Of a DNA stretch of 64,000 nt, positions 11,534-25,437 are shown piece after piece. The stretch spans positions 4,963,181-5,027,180 of the forward strand of contig OZ316895.1 in the NCBI GenBank assembly GCA_973895155.1, written 5' to 3'. The translations under genes and the position numbers were made by a program. This stretch comes from Marsupella aquatica. Its lineage: Eukaryota > Plantae > Marchantiophyta. The notes below the pieces were generated by a model. The model was not told where the DNA came from. It saw only the letters and a program-made list of their open reading frames with translations, and ran no database searches. Each line of letters begins with the position of its first letter. Position 1 is the stretch's first letter.

Positions 11534-14500
11534 TCAAGCGAGATTTGCTTGAGAGTCTTTTGATTTTGCTGCAATGCTTCCCCAACCCTCAGGTAGCCGC
11601 TCCAATTTGGGACAATCTAATAGCACACTGGGTACCGGATTGAGATCCCCCAAACGGTCCGGTATCCTCTTCAACTTTTTGGACTCAATGGTCAAATCCT
11701 CGAGAGCTGCGAGCTCGCCAAAGTCTTCCGACAAGCTCTTGAGTTGCCGACACTTTTGTAAGCCGAGTTTTTCCAGTGACGAGAGGCTTCCAAAACCCTG
11801 AGGCAGCTGCTTCAATTTGGGACATTGCAACCGCAGGTTGCGCATGGATTTGAGAGCCCCAAAATTGTCGGGTAAGCTCTGTAACACATCGGACTGAATG
11901 GTCAAATCCATCAGAGTTGCAAGCTGACCGAAGTCATCCGACAAGCTTTTGAGTTGCTCACAGTTCCGTAGTGTTAAATGTTGCAATGAAGAAAGTTTTC
12001 CGAAATCCTCAGGCAGCTGCTTCAACTTGGGACAATGCAACAGCAGGTTGCGCATGGATTTGAGAGCGCCAAAATTGTCGGGTAAGCTCTGTAACACCTG
12101 AGACCGAATGGTCAAATCCATCAGAGTTGTAAGCTGACCGAAGTCATCCGACAAGCTTTCTAATTGCTTACACTCGCGCAATCTTAACTTTTCCAGTGAA
12201 GAAAGTCTTCCGAAACCCTCGGGCAGCTGCTTCAGTTTGGGACATTGCAACAGCAGGTTGCGCATGGATTTGAGACCGCCAAAACTGTCGGGTAAGCTCT
12301 GTAAAGCATGGGACCGAATGATCAATTTCATCAGAGATGCAAGCTGACCGAAGTCATCCGACAGGTTTTTGAGTTGCCCACAGTTCCGTATTGTTATATA
12401 TTTTAATGAAGAAAGTCTTCCGAAACCCTCAGGCAGCTGCTTCAACTTGGGACATTGCAACACCAGCCTGCGCATGGATTTGAGAGCGCCAAAATTGCCG
12501 GGTAAGCTCTCTAGCTCACTGGACTGAATGGCCAAATCCTTCAGAGTTGTGAGCTGGCCAAAGTCATCCGACAACCGCTTCAATGCCCAACAACTCCCTA
12601 GTTTTAATGTTTTCAGTGAACGGAGCCTTCCAAAACCCTCAGGCAGCCTCTCTAATTTGGGACAACCCAACGTCAGTAATCGGATGGATTCGAGAGCGCC
12701 AAAACTGTTTGGTAAGCTCTCTAGCTCTTCGGACTCAATGGTCAAATCCGTGAGACTCGCGAGCTGGCCAAAGTCATCCGACAACCTTTTCAATCCCCGA
12801 CACCTCTCTAGTGTTAATTTTTCCAGTGAAGAGAGCCTTCCGAAACCGTCGGGCAGTCGGTCCAATTTAGGACACTGCAATGTCACCGCACGCAGCGCTT
12901 TGAGAGAACCGAAGCTGTCGGGTAGTGTCTCGAGCTCATCGGAGACAATGGATAAATCTTTCAGAGTTGCCATTTGGCCGAAGTCATCTGACAAACTTTT
13001 CAGCTGCGAACAGCTTAGTGTTAATTCTTCAAGTGAGGAGAGCCTTCCGAAACTGTTGGGCAGCCTCTCCAATTTGGGAACAGCCAACCGCAACCTTCGC
13101 AGTGATTTGAGAGCGCCAAAACTGTCCGGTAAGGTCTCCAGAAGGCGGGTGTCAATGGTCAATTCCTTCAGACGCGTATGCTGTCCGAATGATTCGGCCA
13201 ATCTAAGATACTCGACCTTCACCAGTTCCAATTGTTCCAACTGAGAAAGATTGCTGAAATTCTCTCGTCGACTCTGCATTTGCACTGTCAAGTCCGTCAG
13301 GGACAAAACGTGCAGGTGTTTCAGTTTGCCCAAAGCTTCACCAAGTCCCTCAGGGACTTCACAATGACTAAGTTTCAAAATGCGCAGGTTGATGAGTTTT
13401 CCCAAGGTTTCAGGAAAGTCGTTTGGGATCACAAAACCACTGAGTTGCAGGACAGCTAAATCAGTCAGTTGGATGAGGCTGATCTGGAACGGACAAATGA
13501 TGGCAGAGTCGAATTCCCAGCTTAGAAGACGAAGCTTTTCTGGAAGACCCTTTCCCTCACCTATATCAGCAATACCATGAATCTCCACGTATTTCAATTC
13601 TTTCAGCCAAACTAAAGAATCGACCCGAAGTGTTGCGTCCCATGCATCCCCACAAGACCCAAGCCGCAAACTCTTCGTATTTTCATTCACCTACAAACAT
13701 AAACTCTCAAATCAGTATTATTCCGGTGCTAAAGTTGTGTGAGAGAAAAATATACGGCATGAAAAGACCCCAGGACAGGGTTTTCGAATGAGATTTTGTC
13801 GGTCCAAAAGCTACACGTAATATGCAACACTGTCTCGCTAAGAGCTCTCACCATTTTTGCGTTAAGTTGATCCACCACCGCCTTAACGTTATTTTTGCTA
13901 CCTTGCACCATGGTACCTTTCGAAAGCTTCTTAGCCAGGTCTCGCAATTGCTCATGGACCCAGACTTCCTTGTATTGAACTTCCTGTAGATATCCGCCAA
14001 TAGACAACAACTTTGTCATCGTGACTTCCTTCACCATTGCCCTGTCAACCAAGATTCTCCATGTTGTCTCTGCCTTCCTGTTGCTCCATGCAGCAAGGGC
14101 TGTGTCCAATCGCTCTCCAAACAAAAATGTGGCGGCATCACAAAACAAATCTTGCGCCTGGCTTGAAAGCTTGTTATAGCTCACCTCCAAGGTAGCCCAC
14201 AATCTGTCATCTTCATTTTGAACTCCCTCAACGGATATAGCTTTCTGGAGATTGTCTAACGTGTCCTCCCACACTTCATCCGATGTCTCGTTACGAAGGT
14301 ACCGGCCCATGACTTCCAGCGTTAGTGGCAACCCACCGCATTTCCCAACCAGTGACTTGACATGGTGTGCCAATTGACCCGAATCACGTGGGGGAATTCT
14401 GTCTGAGCCGAATGCATGTTTGCAGAAAAGCTTCGTCGCGTCGGTCGTGTCTAAAAACTGAAGTTCATGGACTTTGCAGTTTTCGTGAAACGCGAAAATC

Positions 14501-16984
14501 CTTTGATTACGGCTTGTGATGATCAAGCAACTGCCATCCCCGAAGTGCTGCCATGCAGGCAGGACACGAAGTTGATCTATAGAGTCAGCGTCATCCATAG
14601 CGACCAATGTTTTCTTCCCCTTCATCCGAGACCATTCCGATTGAGCCCCATCCAGCTTTACCCCTTTGTGATGAAAGTTCTCAAGAACCACCTTCTCCAA
14701 ATCGTTGATGGCGAAGCCTTTCACAGTATCGACGAAGCAGGTGTACTCAAACTCTTTTGAAATATTGTTGAACACTTCTCGGACGAGGGTGCTCTTACCG
14801 ATTCCACCCATGCCAAAGATCCCCAAAACAGCTCCACCCTTCAGCAATTTTTGAACTTCCTGAGCACGCGTTGTCAGCCCGACAATATAGGCTGGCAGCC
14901 CCGAATATATTTTATGAACAGGCTCTTCATCGTGAATCTGTCCTTCCGCCTGAAAACGTAGAACAATTCATTTAAAGTCTTGAATGTCCACATACAAAAC
15001 GAATGGTGATTGGAGTAGACGTAATCTCACGTGAAGTACTGCCAGCAACTTCAGGTGACTTTTAATCAGAAATAATCAGGAAAATCGGTTGAGGAAACAA
15101 TAAGACACGAACATGCTGTCAAATGGTGTCCCGGACACAAAAAACCTCTGCTGAAATTGGGGCATTGTTTCAAGAATGTAGATGAACACAATCAATTACA
15201 CTGTTAGCCTGTGTATTACAGAATTTTGTGTCTCCTTAGCAGAAACAGCAAAAGCTACGAACCTCAAAAGCATGAACTTCCTCATTGTAACAACATATCC
15301 TGAGATAGTCATGCCTGTTGCTTTTCAACTGTTCCTTACCTCTTTCATCACTGCATCGATGAATTCCACTAGGAGGCTATAGTTGCTCGAATTGGTTGAC
15401 TTCGGTCTACAAACATTGAAGTGGTTTGTCTCTGGAGCTGTGTAAAATCCATCCACATCAGACCTTGCTGACGCCTCTTCCACAATAAGGCCACTGAATC
15501 TTCCCTGTAGGAATTGCAAGGAGAACACGTCAATCAAGTGCACATGGTTCCATAACCAATCCTTTTGAGAATTTCTCAGGCCAAAGCTGTATCATGGTCT
15601 GGTACTTTAAATCTGATAGAATAGAAGATTGGCCAGGCTGCTACGTTACACAGAAGACTATTCAACTAGGCTTTTTAGATTGTTTGCAAATATGAGAAAA
15701 TTTTCAATTCAACTTAGAAAAAATCTCTCCAACAACATGCCTTGCATACTAGGATTGAAGGGAGTTTTGGGAAGAGAGGTGGCGTCAAACTGACGAGGAT
15801 GACATCTCAAATATCCTACTTCAACAATCCATTGTCTAAGTTACCCAACAGGACAAAGGATGTATCTCTAACTCATGCATGTTCATTATTACACGGGGTT
15901 CTATTCAAATCTGGTAATTCTCATGTTATTTGATATAAGCACACAAATACGTACATTTTTAATTTTGAAATGTTGGAGATGAAAGCAGCAGCTACATACC
16001 AGGGTGACTTTAACATTTTCTACGATTCCATAAGTTCTCCAACGTTTCTTCACACGTAACATACGAAAGTCTTCACTTAGCCTTGCAGCCTCCGGATTGA
16101 GCGGTGCAGACCGTTCAAACAGTATCCCTTTTGTGAATACAGTGTTGGATTCAGCTAGCCTGGTCCCATGGTGTGGAGTGGCATAAAAGAAGAGTCCTTT
16201 TAATTGGTCTAAGAACTTTTGCACAGGTTGGGTTACTTCGGTAGGAGCTAGAGCCACTTTCTTGGTGGCATAAACACAAAGTTCTTTCATTACAAGCCCT
16301 CCAATGCAATGTCCCACTAGAATCACGGGGCATTTGTTTTGCCCAACTTGAGCTCCTCCTATCAAACATTGGAGCAAATTTTCTGTTGTGACGAACATAT
16401 CCATATTCCCATCAGTCTCGTTTCTGTGTGCGTGTGCATCATACGAGATAACTAAAATGCGGGCCTTGGGAAACTGTTCCAAGATCCAATTGAGCCACAA
16501 TCCTGAACCATCTTCTGCGATCCATGTGTCAAGATGTGCTTCTTGTGTTTCTTGAGATTTTCCCAGTTGCAGACCGTGGAAAAAGACAAGCTCAACCGAG
16601 GGCTCAGAGCTTGAAGGACTCGAAACTTCATGGACATAATCATTAATCTGCAACGAGACAAAAATGAACAAAGGACCCTTTTAATCACAAATTGAGCAAC
16701 TCGTTACCATGATGATGGAAACAGCGAGCACTCTAAACTAGAGGAGCCTCAATGAAAGCTGTTGCTTAGGCTATGTTATTTATAAACTAAACCCAAACAA
16801 AAACACAAACTACCAAGTGATGATTTAAAACGGCCCAAGCAAGGTAACGCAAGCTATCTACCTCTCGTGGTCTACGTGGACCATCGTTAGACCCTGCTCT
16901 TGATGACGATGCCCGTGTTGAAAGTGCAACATTATCTTGTATATCTGTAGGTAGCTGAGAGAGGAAATCCCATATCCAACCCAT
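11534..16984 (-). CDS. alpha/beta-hydrolase-NB-ARC-LRR (HNL-class) NLR immune receptor; predicted exons 16984-16862, 16647-16000, 15504-15340, 14949-13852, 13690-11534 (~1396 aa)
   Basis: GT-AG introns, all phase 0. Hydrolase motifs VFFHGL and VILVGHCIGGLV. NB-ARC: P-loop GMGGIGKS, kinase-2 VAMDDAD, GSCLIITSRN, CGGLPL, MHD-like VHEQLRDLA. More than 20 LRRs of type LxxLPxxFGxLxxL. Confidence 0.9.
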
Positions 16985-17276
16985 ATCCTCGTCTAGACTA
17001 GGAAGGACGAGTGCTACGAGTTTGTAACAGCATCTCCGCTCTCAGTTGTCTAGGTACAGACACATTGTGAGCTCCAGCTCATTGAATATGGAGACCGTGT
17101 ACCTGTGACCTTTCCCGGGGCTCGATGCAGACAAACAGGTCGGGGACATTCTTCAAGGTTCTGCTTCATGACTCAGGTGCATTACGCATTAAAATCGGTT
17201 CGACTTGTGAGGCACTGCTCCAAGAAGACATAATCGCAACACTCCGTCGGAAAACTGTAAGAAAGCTAACAACATC

Positions 17277-17318
17277 AACAAACAAACCAAACCAAACCAA
17301 ACCAAACCAAACCAAACA
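17277..17318. repeat. (CAAAC)n microsatellite upstream of the NLR start codon
   Basis: AACAAACAAACCAAACCAAACCAAACCAAACCAAACCAAACA. Confidence 0.85.
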
Positions 17319-18358
17319 AAGAACACACGTTTTAGGACCAATATCAAGGTCTGGCTGTGGACTCTATGACGACCAATACAGTGAATCTGGCTGGGAACAA
17401 TCACATTGGCTAAGACACATTCTTCTAGAGCCGAACTGGTTTTAATGGAAAAACTGCAATCGACAAAGGTCGGAGGAATATTGCGTGCATTCCTGAAAAG
17501 GAGAAAGGGATAGAGAAATCAGAATCTCATCTATCAGTTCATAGAAAGTCTGGACCAAATTTTATACAGTCAGCGTGAAACCAGTTGCGTTATACCTTAC
17601 AGATCAGTTGCATTCTCCAGAATCTGTTTGGATGTGAGAGCCAAGGCTTTGAGAAGATGTCGTCTTAGATTGCTTCTCTCTCTGAAGAACTGTACTGACT
17701 GTCACCAACATGAAAGAGGCAACAGCTCTGTGCAGGACATTTTCCCGCGGGTGGGTTTTACAACAAGATCTATCTCAAAAATTCTACGAGAAAGCGAGCT
17801 GACCATATGAAGCAAAACTGATTGAACAGTGAACCGAAGCATCAGGGACAAGAACAGGGACTATTAACAGTGTACAATTAACAGCAAAATGTTCCTGGAA
17901 ACACATACAAGGACTGGCCAAAAGACGAGCAACCTGATCGTGAACATTGGTCTATAAGGACGTAAGTAACGTACGTGTTGCTTTCTCCACTTTGCAGGGT
18001 TTGCGACTATCCTCCGAGATATTTACTCTTGGGGTCCATGATCTGCAATGTGACCAAAAAGCAATGGACGAGTGACTTCTGGCCAAGAAAGCTTCAGGAT
18101 TATCCTACAATTTGAGGACGAATGAAGCGCAGATCGTCTCTAACCGCAAACGAACGCTTTACGCCTGCTTGAGTTGAGCAGAGTTTTCCTTCGGGCGTAA
18201 GCTACATCCATAATTGGGCATTGAGTACCGGCTGATTGAGTGAACAAGTACGAAACAAGTTGTAGCTCTTAACTTTTGATTTAGGTCCGTGATTCCGATC
18301 ACGAGAAGCTGCAAGGGCTAGATATTGAGCCATGCAGGTGTTTGAATCATCCATTTTT

Positions 18359-18987
18359 TTTGCCTTTGAAACCTAAAACTAACCCATCCAACAGAGGATA
18401 AACGATCAACTCAGAAGCATGCACCTCTGTAGGGTACCCCACAACGAGGGTAGGATAGACGATCAACTCAGGAACATGCACCTCTGTAGGGCAACATGCA
18501 CCCCACCTCTGTAGGGTAGCCCACAACAGGGGTCATACCCAGGACCAGGACCAGGAGGGAGAGGGTTGGACCAGAGCCCAAAGGCACTTCTTTTTGGCCT
18601 TGTAACCAAAAGCTGACCCATCCAACACAGGATAGACGATCAACTTCGAAACATGCATCTCTATAGGGTAGCCCACAAGGGGGGTCATACCCAAGACCAG
18701 GAGGGAGAGAGGGTTGGACCAGAGCCCAAAGCGGACAATCAACTCGGAAACATACACCTCTGTAGGGTAGCCCACAATGGGGGTCATACCCAGGAGGACC
18801 AGGAGGGAGAGAGGATTGGACCAAAGCCCAAAGCGGACCGGCCAGGATTGAAGAGAAACCAATACTCCCACCACTACACCCCACCCACAGACACATTCCC
18901 CTTCCACAACTCTTGCATGTGGAGGGGGATTGAACCTGGGACCTCTCAATTCTAGGCTAATCCCCTGGCCAACTGAGCCGAGTGTCC
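18359..18987 (-). mobile_element. tRNA-derived SINE with internally repetitive body
   Basis: Minus-strand head GGACACTCGGCTCAGTTGG (A box)...GGTTCAATCCC (B box) and a short A tail. 11-bp TSD CATCCATTTTT at 18348-18358 and 18988-18998. The body repeats CTCT(G/A)TAGGGTAGCCCACA...GGGGTCATACCCA units. Confidence 0.82.
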
Positions 18988-19959
18988 CATCCATTTTTGT
19001 GTCACGTTCCATATTCTTAGAGCAATTGTATTATCTCTAGGACACAAGTATGGATACCGTAGCTACTCAGTCAAAAACAGACTCGAGGTTTTGTGAGTGT
19101 TTACTTGCACCAAGTGACAGTTTACCTCAGCCGTTCATAAACTTCTCACCATCCCATGGATTTCATTGAAGCATTGAATGAACTTAGCGAGAATTCCAGA
19201 TTACAGACCGGAAAATCCAGACAGATCTGTCAATTACAGTAGCCCCGTGAGATTTGCTTTAGTTTAGGGTTTTGCATGCTGCTTGACGAGCGTTTGTTGT
19301 CGTTCTCCGAGTTCAAGTTTGATGATGACACCCAACAGTAGTTCCGGATTCGTTCGATCCTCCAGAATCACACTCGATCTCCATGAAATTCAGCAGCCCT
19401 CGGCCGGACATAGTATAGGGCTATGGAATGAAACCAGCTTCTCCACAGAATTCCCAGAAATAATGGAACCTTGATCGCGCAAAAAGCAGGGACAATACGA
19501 GGCCACAGTCACGATGTGCGGGGATTCTCGAAGAACAGCATGTACTGCGCAGGTGACAGCGGCGGCAGATTCAATCCCCCAAGGCGACCATTTCAACATT
19601 TTTATGTTGACAACACAGAAGAATACATCTACAGTATCATAAAAAAAGCAGGTTGACATTATAGGGGGGCTAGCCTCATAACGAATCGCCTTGCCCAGTG
19701 AGTTTCTTTCGCAACTCTTCCGCTGCCCCACCTGACAAAAGGTGACAAGTCCAGGGTCGAAATTTCTTTCCGGCACGCAATCAAAAAGTGCGCGACTCCA
19801 AACGAGAGGCAGATAAAAACACTCGACCCAAGTGACTCGAACTTTGAGTCCTCCTAATAGAAAATCCCCAAAATCTAGATTTCAGTGTCTGTAACTATCG
19901 AGTTAGAATGCACTGGTCAATGGACCAGCCAAAAGAATCATCGTTGCCTCTTTACTCAT

Positions 19960-22900
19960 TCATTGAGATGGGACTAGACAAATGATTTGAAGGGCCTTGT
20001 AATTTAAAGCTACTCTTTGAAGGCCCTTCTTAAATAATGACTCAACATATGATTGTTTGATGCTCTCGACTACGTTGATGCTCGAAGGTACATCGCAATG
20101 CCAGTGGCCGACTACATGGAAGCCATGTGAAACTGCAGAGGAAATAATGTCAGACTCTGCAACCCTCCTAATTCTGTGACATAGGACAAGCAGTGGCTCT
20201 TGAACAGCCTCACTAGGTCCACTAAGCAAGGCTCTTGCGGTTTCAAACAACAAAGGGACCGCCTCCTGCACATATGTAACATCTGTACCTATGATGAGCT
20301 CGTAGCCAGATCCATTGTTGGCAGCTCTAACAACATCAATGTCGTCCTTATTTCCCCACTCTAATTTATGGCAAGCGATACTACCAACTGAGAAGTTTTC
20401 TTTGTTAAGATAAAGGTTGTCTTGGAGTAAGCTTAGACTGCCTACGTCACCATCTGTTGCAACTACTTTCTTGGCTGCAATTGAAGCCAACAAAGAGCAT
20501 AATCCCACAGATCCGCATCCAAGCTCAAGTACAGATTTCCCTTTGAAGAAATCAGAGTTTGCTGCCAAGAGATCAGCAAATGCATAAGCCGACTCCCACA
20601 GCATCAAACCAGTGGAGGAATATGTGTGTTGATTTTCCTTAGACAAACAGTTCGCATACACTGTATAGCTTCCAACAGTTACCTCCAAAGGCTGCAGAAC
20701 CACACGTGATGTACAGCATAAGGTACGTTTCAGGTAAAACGGCTCCTCGCAGTTTCTTCGAATGATCAGAAATTGCAGTAATGCGTGTAAAGCCCTGAAG
20801 ACAAACTTAAAACAGTACCTCTATAGGAGGAGCACCACCAAAAAGCTCAGCTGCACAACCTTCTGATAAGTCGACAATGGACTCCGTGTCAGTAGTCGAA
20901 GATAAGTTTTTATCTTCGACCATCGTTGCCAGGGTTACACTACTATCCAGCTTCTTGGCTAACGCAAGACTGTCAATTGGAGTGGACTCCAAACTTTGTG
21001 CAACTGGTTGAAAAGCTTCTGTTGGGCCCCGTGATCGTTGCTCAGTATTGGCATTCTCCTCCCTCGATTGCATTGGTGACGGAGGGAGACAGAAAACAGC
21101 TTGAATCCACCTTCTGCAGTCGTAACAGAGGTCAATATCGGTGTCACAAGCAAGACTCCGAAAATCAACAGGACGAGGCAAGAAATGAAGTACCTATCCA
21201 TCACAATTTTGCGGGAACGGTTCTCCAGCTGGCGACAGTATACTTTCATTTCCTTGCGCTCGAAACCTTCCTCAACAAAAAGGGATTGCAGACCATCTTC
21301 TGAAAAATAGTATGCAAGCTGCCAGTTTTCCAATAGTCAACGACAGAAAGTTAGTCCCTTCAAACTACCAGAAAACCTGGATGCATCACGATTTCCGTCG
21401 ACTCATCACAATAAACACCAATCCACAAAATAACCTACATCATTAAGCAGTTACTGGCCAGAGAATGGGACATACAGTGCCATCTCCTCGCACGTAGAAG
21501 TTCTCACTGAGTTGCTGGTCTTTCAGCATGAGTCTCTCCTGTAATGGCAATAAGAGTCCATTAGTTGAGTAACCGAGAGGAAAATTCTTGTGGCCAAGAA
21601 CCAGCCTCGAAACAGTTCCACGCAAACATTGTCAATGCCCAAAGCTACTCAAGAGGACACAGTACATTGCTTCAAATAAACTTTCCAGCGTGGCAAACTT
21701 CAGTAATCATACCTGGGCAAGGTCACCAACTGCATAGTCCCGGAGCAAAATACAGCCACCTGGCTGAATCTCAAGGAATAACAACAGGTAAGTACTCGAA
21801 GGATACTGATTGCCTCCACAATATTGCAGCATCGTTCCTAGACAATTTGTGTGCTTCAAATGCTCGAAAGGAAACAGAAACACTCCTCGTCAGTTGATGA
21901 TCTGACCTTAAGAACAGCCTTCAGATTGCGGAGAACAGCTGGCATCTTTTCGGGTGCTATAGCAGATAGAACAAAAATCTGGCATGTCCCCAAGAGGATT
22001 GAAATTAGCCCCGCAAGCAGTGTACACAATCAAGGACGAGCATCACTGCACGTAATGGAAATCCCCCCATTCAACTCCAAGTGTATTCAATACAGTTCTC
22101 CCACTCTTCTCGGAGACGGTCTTGAGGGATTTGGAAGTTACCAACGTAATGACATCCACTGATGCTAGTGGAACTGCCTCAGATAACGGATTGGTTGTGA
22201 CATCGCATACAAATGCCTTCACGCGATCCTCGTCGTAGTCTTCATGGGCCTGTTCCAGAGATGACCGTGTCAATCCAACTTCAAGGACTCACTGAAGTTC
22301 AAACATCTACTCTCTTCAAGTTTCTATGTTCACGTACAATAAGCAGCAACTGGAAGAGTCACAGAATTAGGTGTCTGCGAGTCTCTCCAGAAGACCATAA
22401 CATGTTGACCTTAAGCAAATTACTGAAAAGCATGTGAAAACATGGAATTTGTAAGAAAGGAACCTTCAAAAGGTCGACAGCTCTTGGAGAGAAGTCGCAG
22501 GCGTACACATAAGCCTGTGGGTAGTTTGCAATTAAGGGATATATGGTGTTTCCTGTACCGCATCCAATCTGTACATCACACGCACCCAAATCCTTGGTTT
22601 TACGTAAATCAATGCATTCACGTACGCATTGTTCCAACAACATGCCGGAAGTACTGAACCTGAGTTACTTTCCATTCACATTGGACGACGCTCAGACTTG
22701 CTCATTCCAGTAGGATTGATCTCGGCTAAGCTCTTACAAAACATACCTCTAGGATGGCTTGACCCTTCTCTTGATGACTTGACTGTGCCTGTCCTTCGGA
22801 AGGATCTGCATCAACACCCTGAGGCATAACATAAGCAGAATTTCACAGATCATTTTTCTGACAATTGGCTACAAAATTCTGCACACAACGGGAAGGCTAA

Positions 22901-23840
22901 CACGAATGTATTTTAAACATATGAGACATGACCGAAATAGGCCTCTCGCTGCATTGTAGCTTCCGCTAAAAAGCAGCTCGTTGCACACTAAATACACCCG
23001 TGCATCATTTTCAATCATTCACCAAAGAGAAACAAATTTTCAGACTCTTGTTCTGTTCCATAATTACCATGCCTGCGAAGTAATGGCCCCATTCCTTGCG
23101 AAGGTAATGCCTGTCCTTGAAAAACTGGACAACAGAACACATCAGATATCCAGACACATCAATTGGTATTGAAGCCAACGTGATCGATACAACGTCAATT
23201 GATTTGAATACAGAAATCATTTCGGGGCACAAACTTACCCGATTAGCATTTCTTTTATAGAACATATCCCAGTACTTCTTTGCATCCTTCTCGTACTTCT
23301 CTGTCATCAGATCCTCTCGTGAGAAAAACCCATTATTCAGGGACCGTTTACAATTCAAATTGTTCACATGTGCAAGGGATGACAATCACGACGGCAAAGA
23401 CTTCTGAAAGTAATTCCCCTCATACAAACCTCCCCTAAAGTATCTACAAGGTACTAAATTTCAACCTCATCATTTGATGCACGGGTGAAGCTCCAAAACA
23501 GTACGTACTCTGTTCCAAGCTTTAATCGTTATTTCACCTTAGGTCGACAGTGCCTGCTGACAGTTCTCACTGGACGAGCAAGCTCTGAAAACGTCTAAAG
23601 TTCAACGCTGGAGTCCAAGATTTCTCGAAGGAACTCCTATCAATTTTTAAATTAAATCTTGTAAAAAAAGAGGGGAATTGGAAGGGAGGGAAGACGGCAC
23701 CTCGCAGCGGAGAGTGCAGATCATGATTCATTACCTTTCCAGAAAGCGGAGATGAGGGGCGTCTTCTCTGGATAGAGCTGGAGCGTTGGAGAGCTGCTGG
23801 TCTCGGCAGGAGCACCAGGAGCAGCAGCAGCTGCAGCCAT
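19960..23840 (-). CDS. METTL6: METTL2/METTL6 (Trm140)-type tRNA m3C methyltransferase with a C-terminal second SAM-dependent (Methyltransf_16-like) domain; ~12 exons
   Basis: Exonic peptides YEKDAKKYWDMFY, FFKDRHYL, IGCGTGNTIYPL, YACDFSPRAV, AFVCDV, RDYAVGDLAQ, ENFYVRGDGT, AYYFSE, ENRSRKIVMDR/RWIQAVF. Last exon TGLMLWESA...VLELGCG...LIIGTDVTY. Some exon edges are approximate. Confidence 0.88.
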
Positions 23841-25437
23841 GGTGTGAGGGAGCTCGATTGCCGAGTGAAATCGCTTGTGAGAAAACTTGCTTGACACCCC
23901 GAATTTATCACAGAGGAATGCCGACGATGATTTGCTCGAGGGTGCCACGTTCCAGGAAAACCCTAATTTGTTACAAAGGCTCATCGCCATCAGCTCCGTT
24001 TATGTTCAGATATTTCAGACCCACAGAGCAAAACCCCGATTTTATTCTGGAAGAGAGGATCGACCGGAGGATCACGTTAGGGGAAAAAATAACTACTAAC
24101 TCTTAATTATTTGGCCACTAAACATGTTCAAATGGATAATATTGACATGTTTGTTTTTGTATTCATAAATATGCCATGGTTTTGTATAAACACTACAAGT
24201 TCAACAAACCAAGCTGAGAATATAAAAAAATCATATCATGCTTATATATAAAAATTTATGTATAGTAAATAGTACATCTTTAATGGCAATGTAGTTAAAA
24301 GTTGAAACAATTAATTATTGAAGATTCAATCTTCAGACAAAATTTTAGGTGGTGCTTGTGAAGAATGCAAGGCCAGGATAGGATAGATGGAGGGTTTTCT
24401 CTGACACCACCATGGATATATGAAAGGAGTACCAAAACTTGGGATGGATCCACATAGAAGAGTTTAAATTGCTCTGATAGCACCTTTTATAGTTTCAACT
24501 GAAATGTGACCTGTAAATAGATTCTTGACGGTTCCAGTTAGTTTACCTGGCTGGTAAAAGTAGTTGGTTATGCCCAAACTACACAGGGTGTCCTTCCCAA
24601 AAGTTGAGTTGTCCAAAGTATTTGGGTGTTCCTCATGAAAGTGAAGGGTTGGCTGGCAATCGGTTTATAGTATTTGATCATTTTTGCACTGATTGATAGT
24701 GAAGCAAATAATCTCACAAAAAATCCCAAACTTTTGTAATAGATTGGACATCACAAAACATGTTGTCAAAACTTGAACTGCAAAAGAAATCTAAAAGTTG
24801 TCCAAATGAGCACAAGCCTGCCGAAAATCAAATGCATGAGTCCATTAAAAACTAGTAGTTTACAGTTGTTTGGGCTCCTCTAACAACTACTTAGGGCGTC
24901 ATTCTCAAAAGTGAAGACTCAGTCCTTCCAAAAGCATTGGGTAACTTTTTCTTTCTGGTGTAAACTACCAGCCCATGGGACAAAGGGCAGTCTCACCAAA
25001 AAGCCCAAGGGCTTAACTAGTTAGTGTAGTTTGAGGATACCACGTCCTTTCCTGAACTAATAAAATACCTCTGACTTTCATAAATCAATTATTCTATTTA
25101 AATTACAAACTAACCTATTTTACTATAAAATATATTTTAAAAGTAACATTTGCTATTTGTGTATAGTAACCATCTTATTTACTTCCTAAGCTTCATTAAA
25201 CTTTAGTCAAAATAGTATGAAGATACCTTTTGGATTGCAAGTCATGCCTACAAGCTTTTGTAGTTCACCCAATGAAAGTGCAGGAGAAAGTCCTTGATCC
25301 AGGCCTTATATTGTGTTTGTGAAACCTGGATAAAATTGCAATTCATGTTTTAGGAATATTCTAAGCATTTTGATGCAAAACACTGCTTTACCATAACAAG
25401 ATACACAATGTTGGACAAGACAGTGCTTGGATGGACT

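Noticed and set aside
8601-13580. Plus-strand ORFs antisense to the LRRs (e.g. 8601-9350, 12528-13244)
   Set aside because: These are shadow ORFs of repetitive LRR codons.
18400-18840. CRISPR-like repeat-spacer array
   Set aside because: Eukaryotic context, degenerate repeats without unique spacers, and no cas genes.
18917-18987. Possible tRNA gene
   Set aside because: A/B boxes are present but there is no convincing acceptor stem. It is the head of a TSD-flanked SINE.
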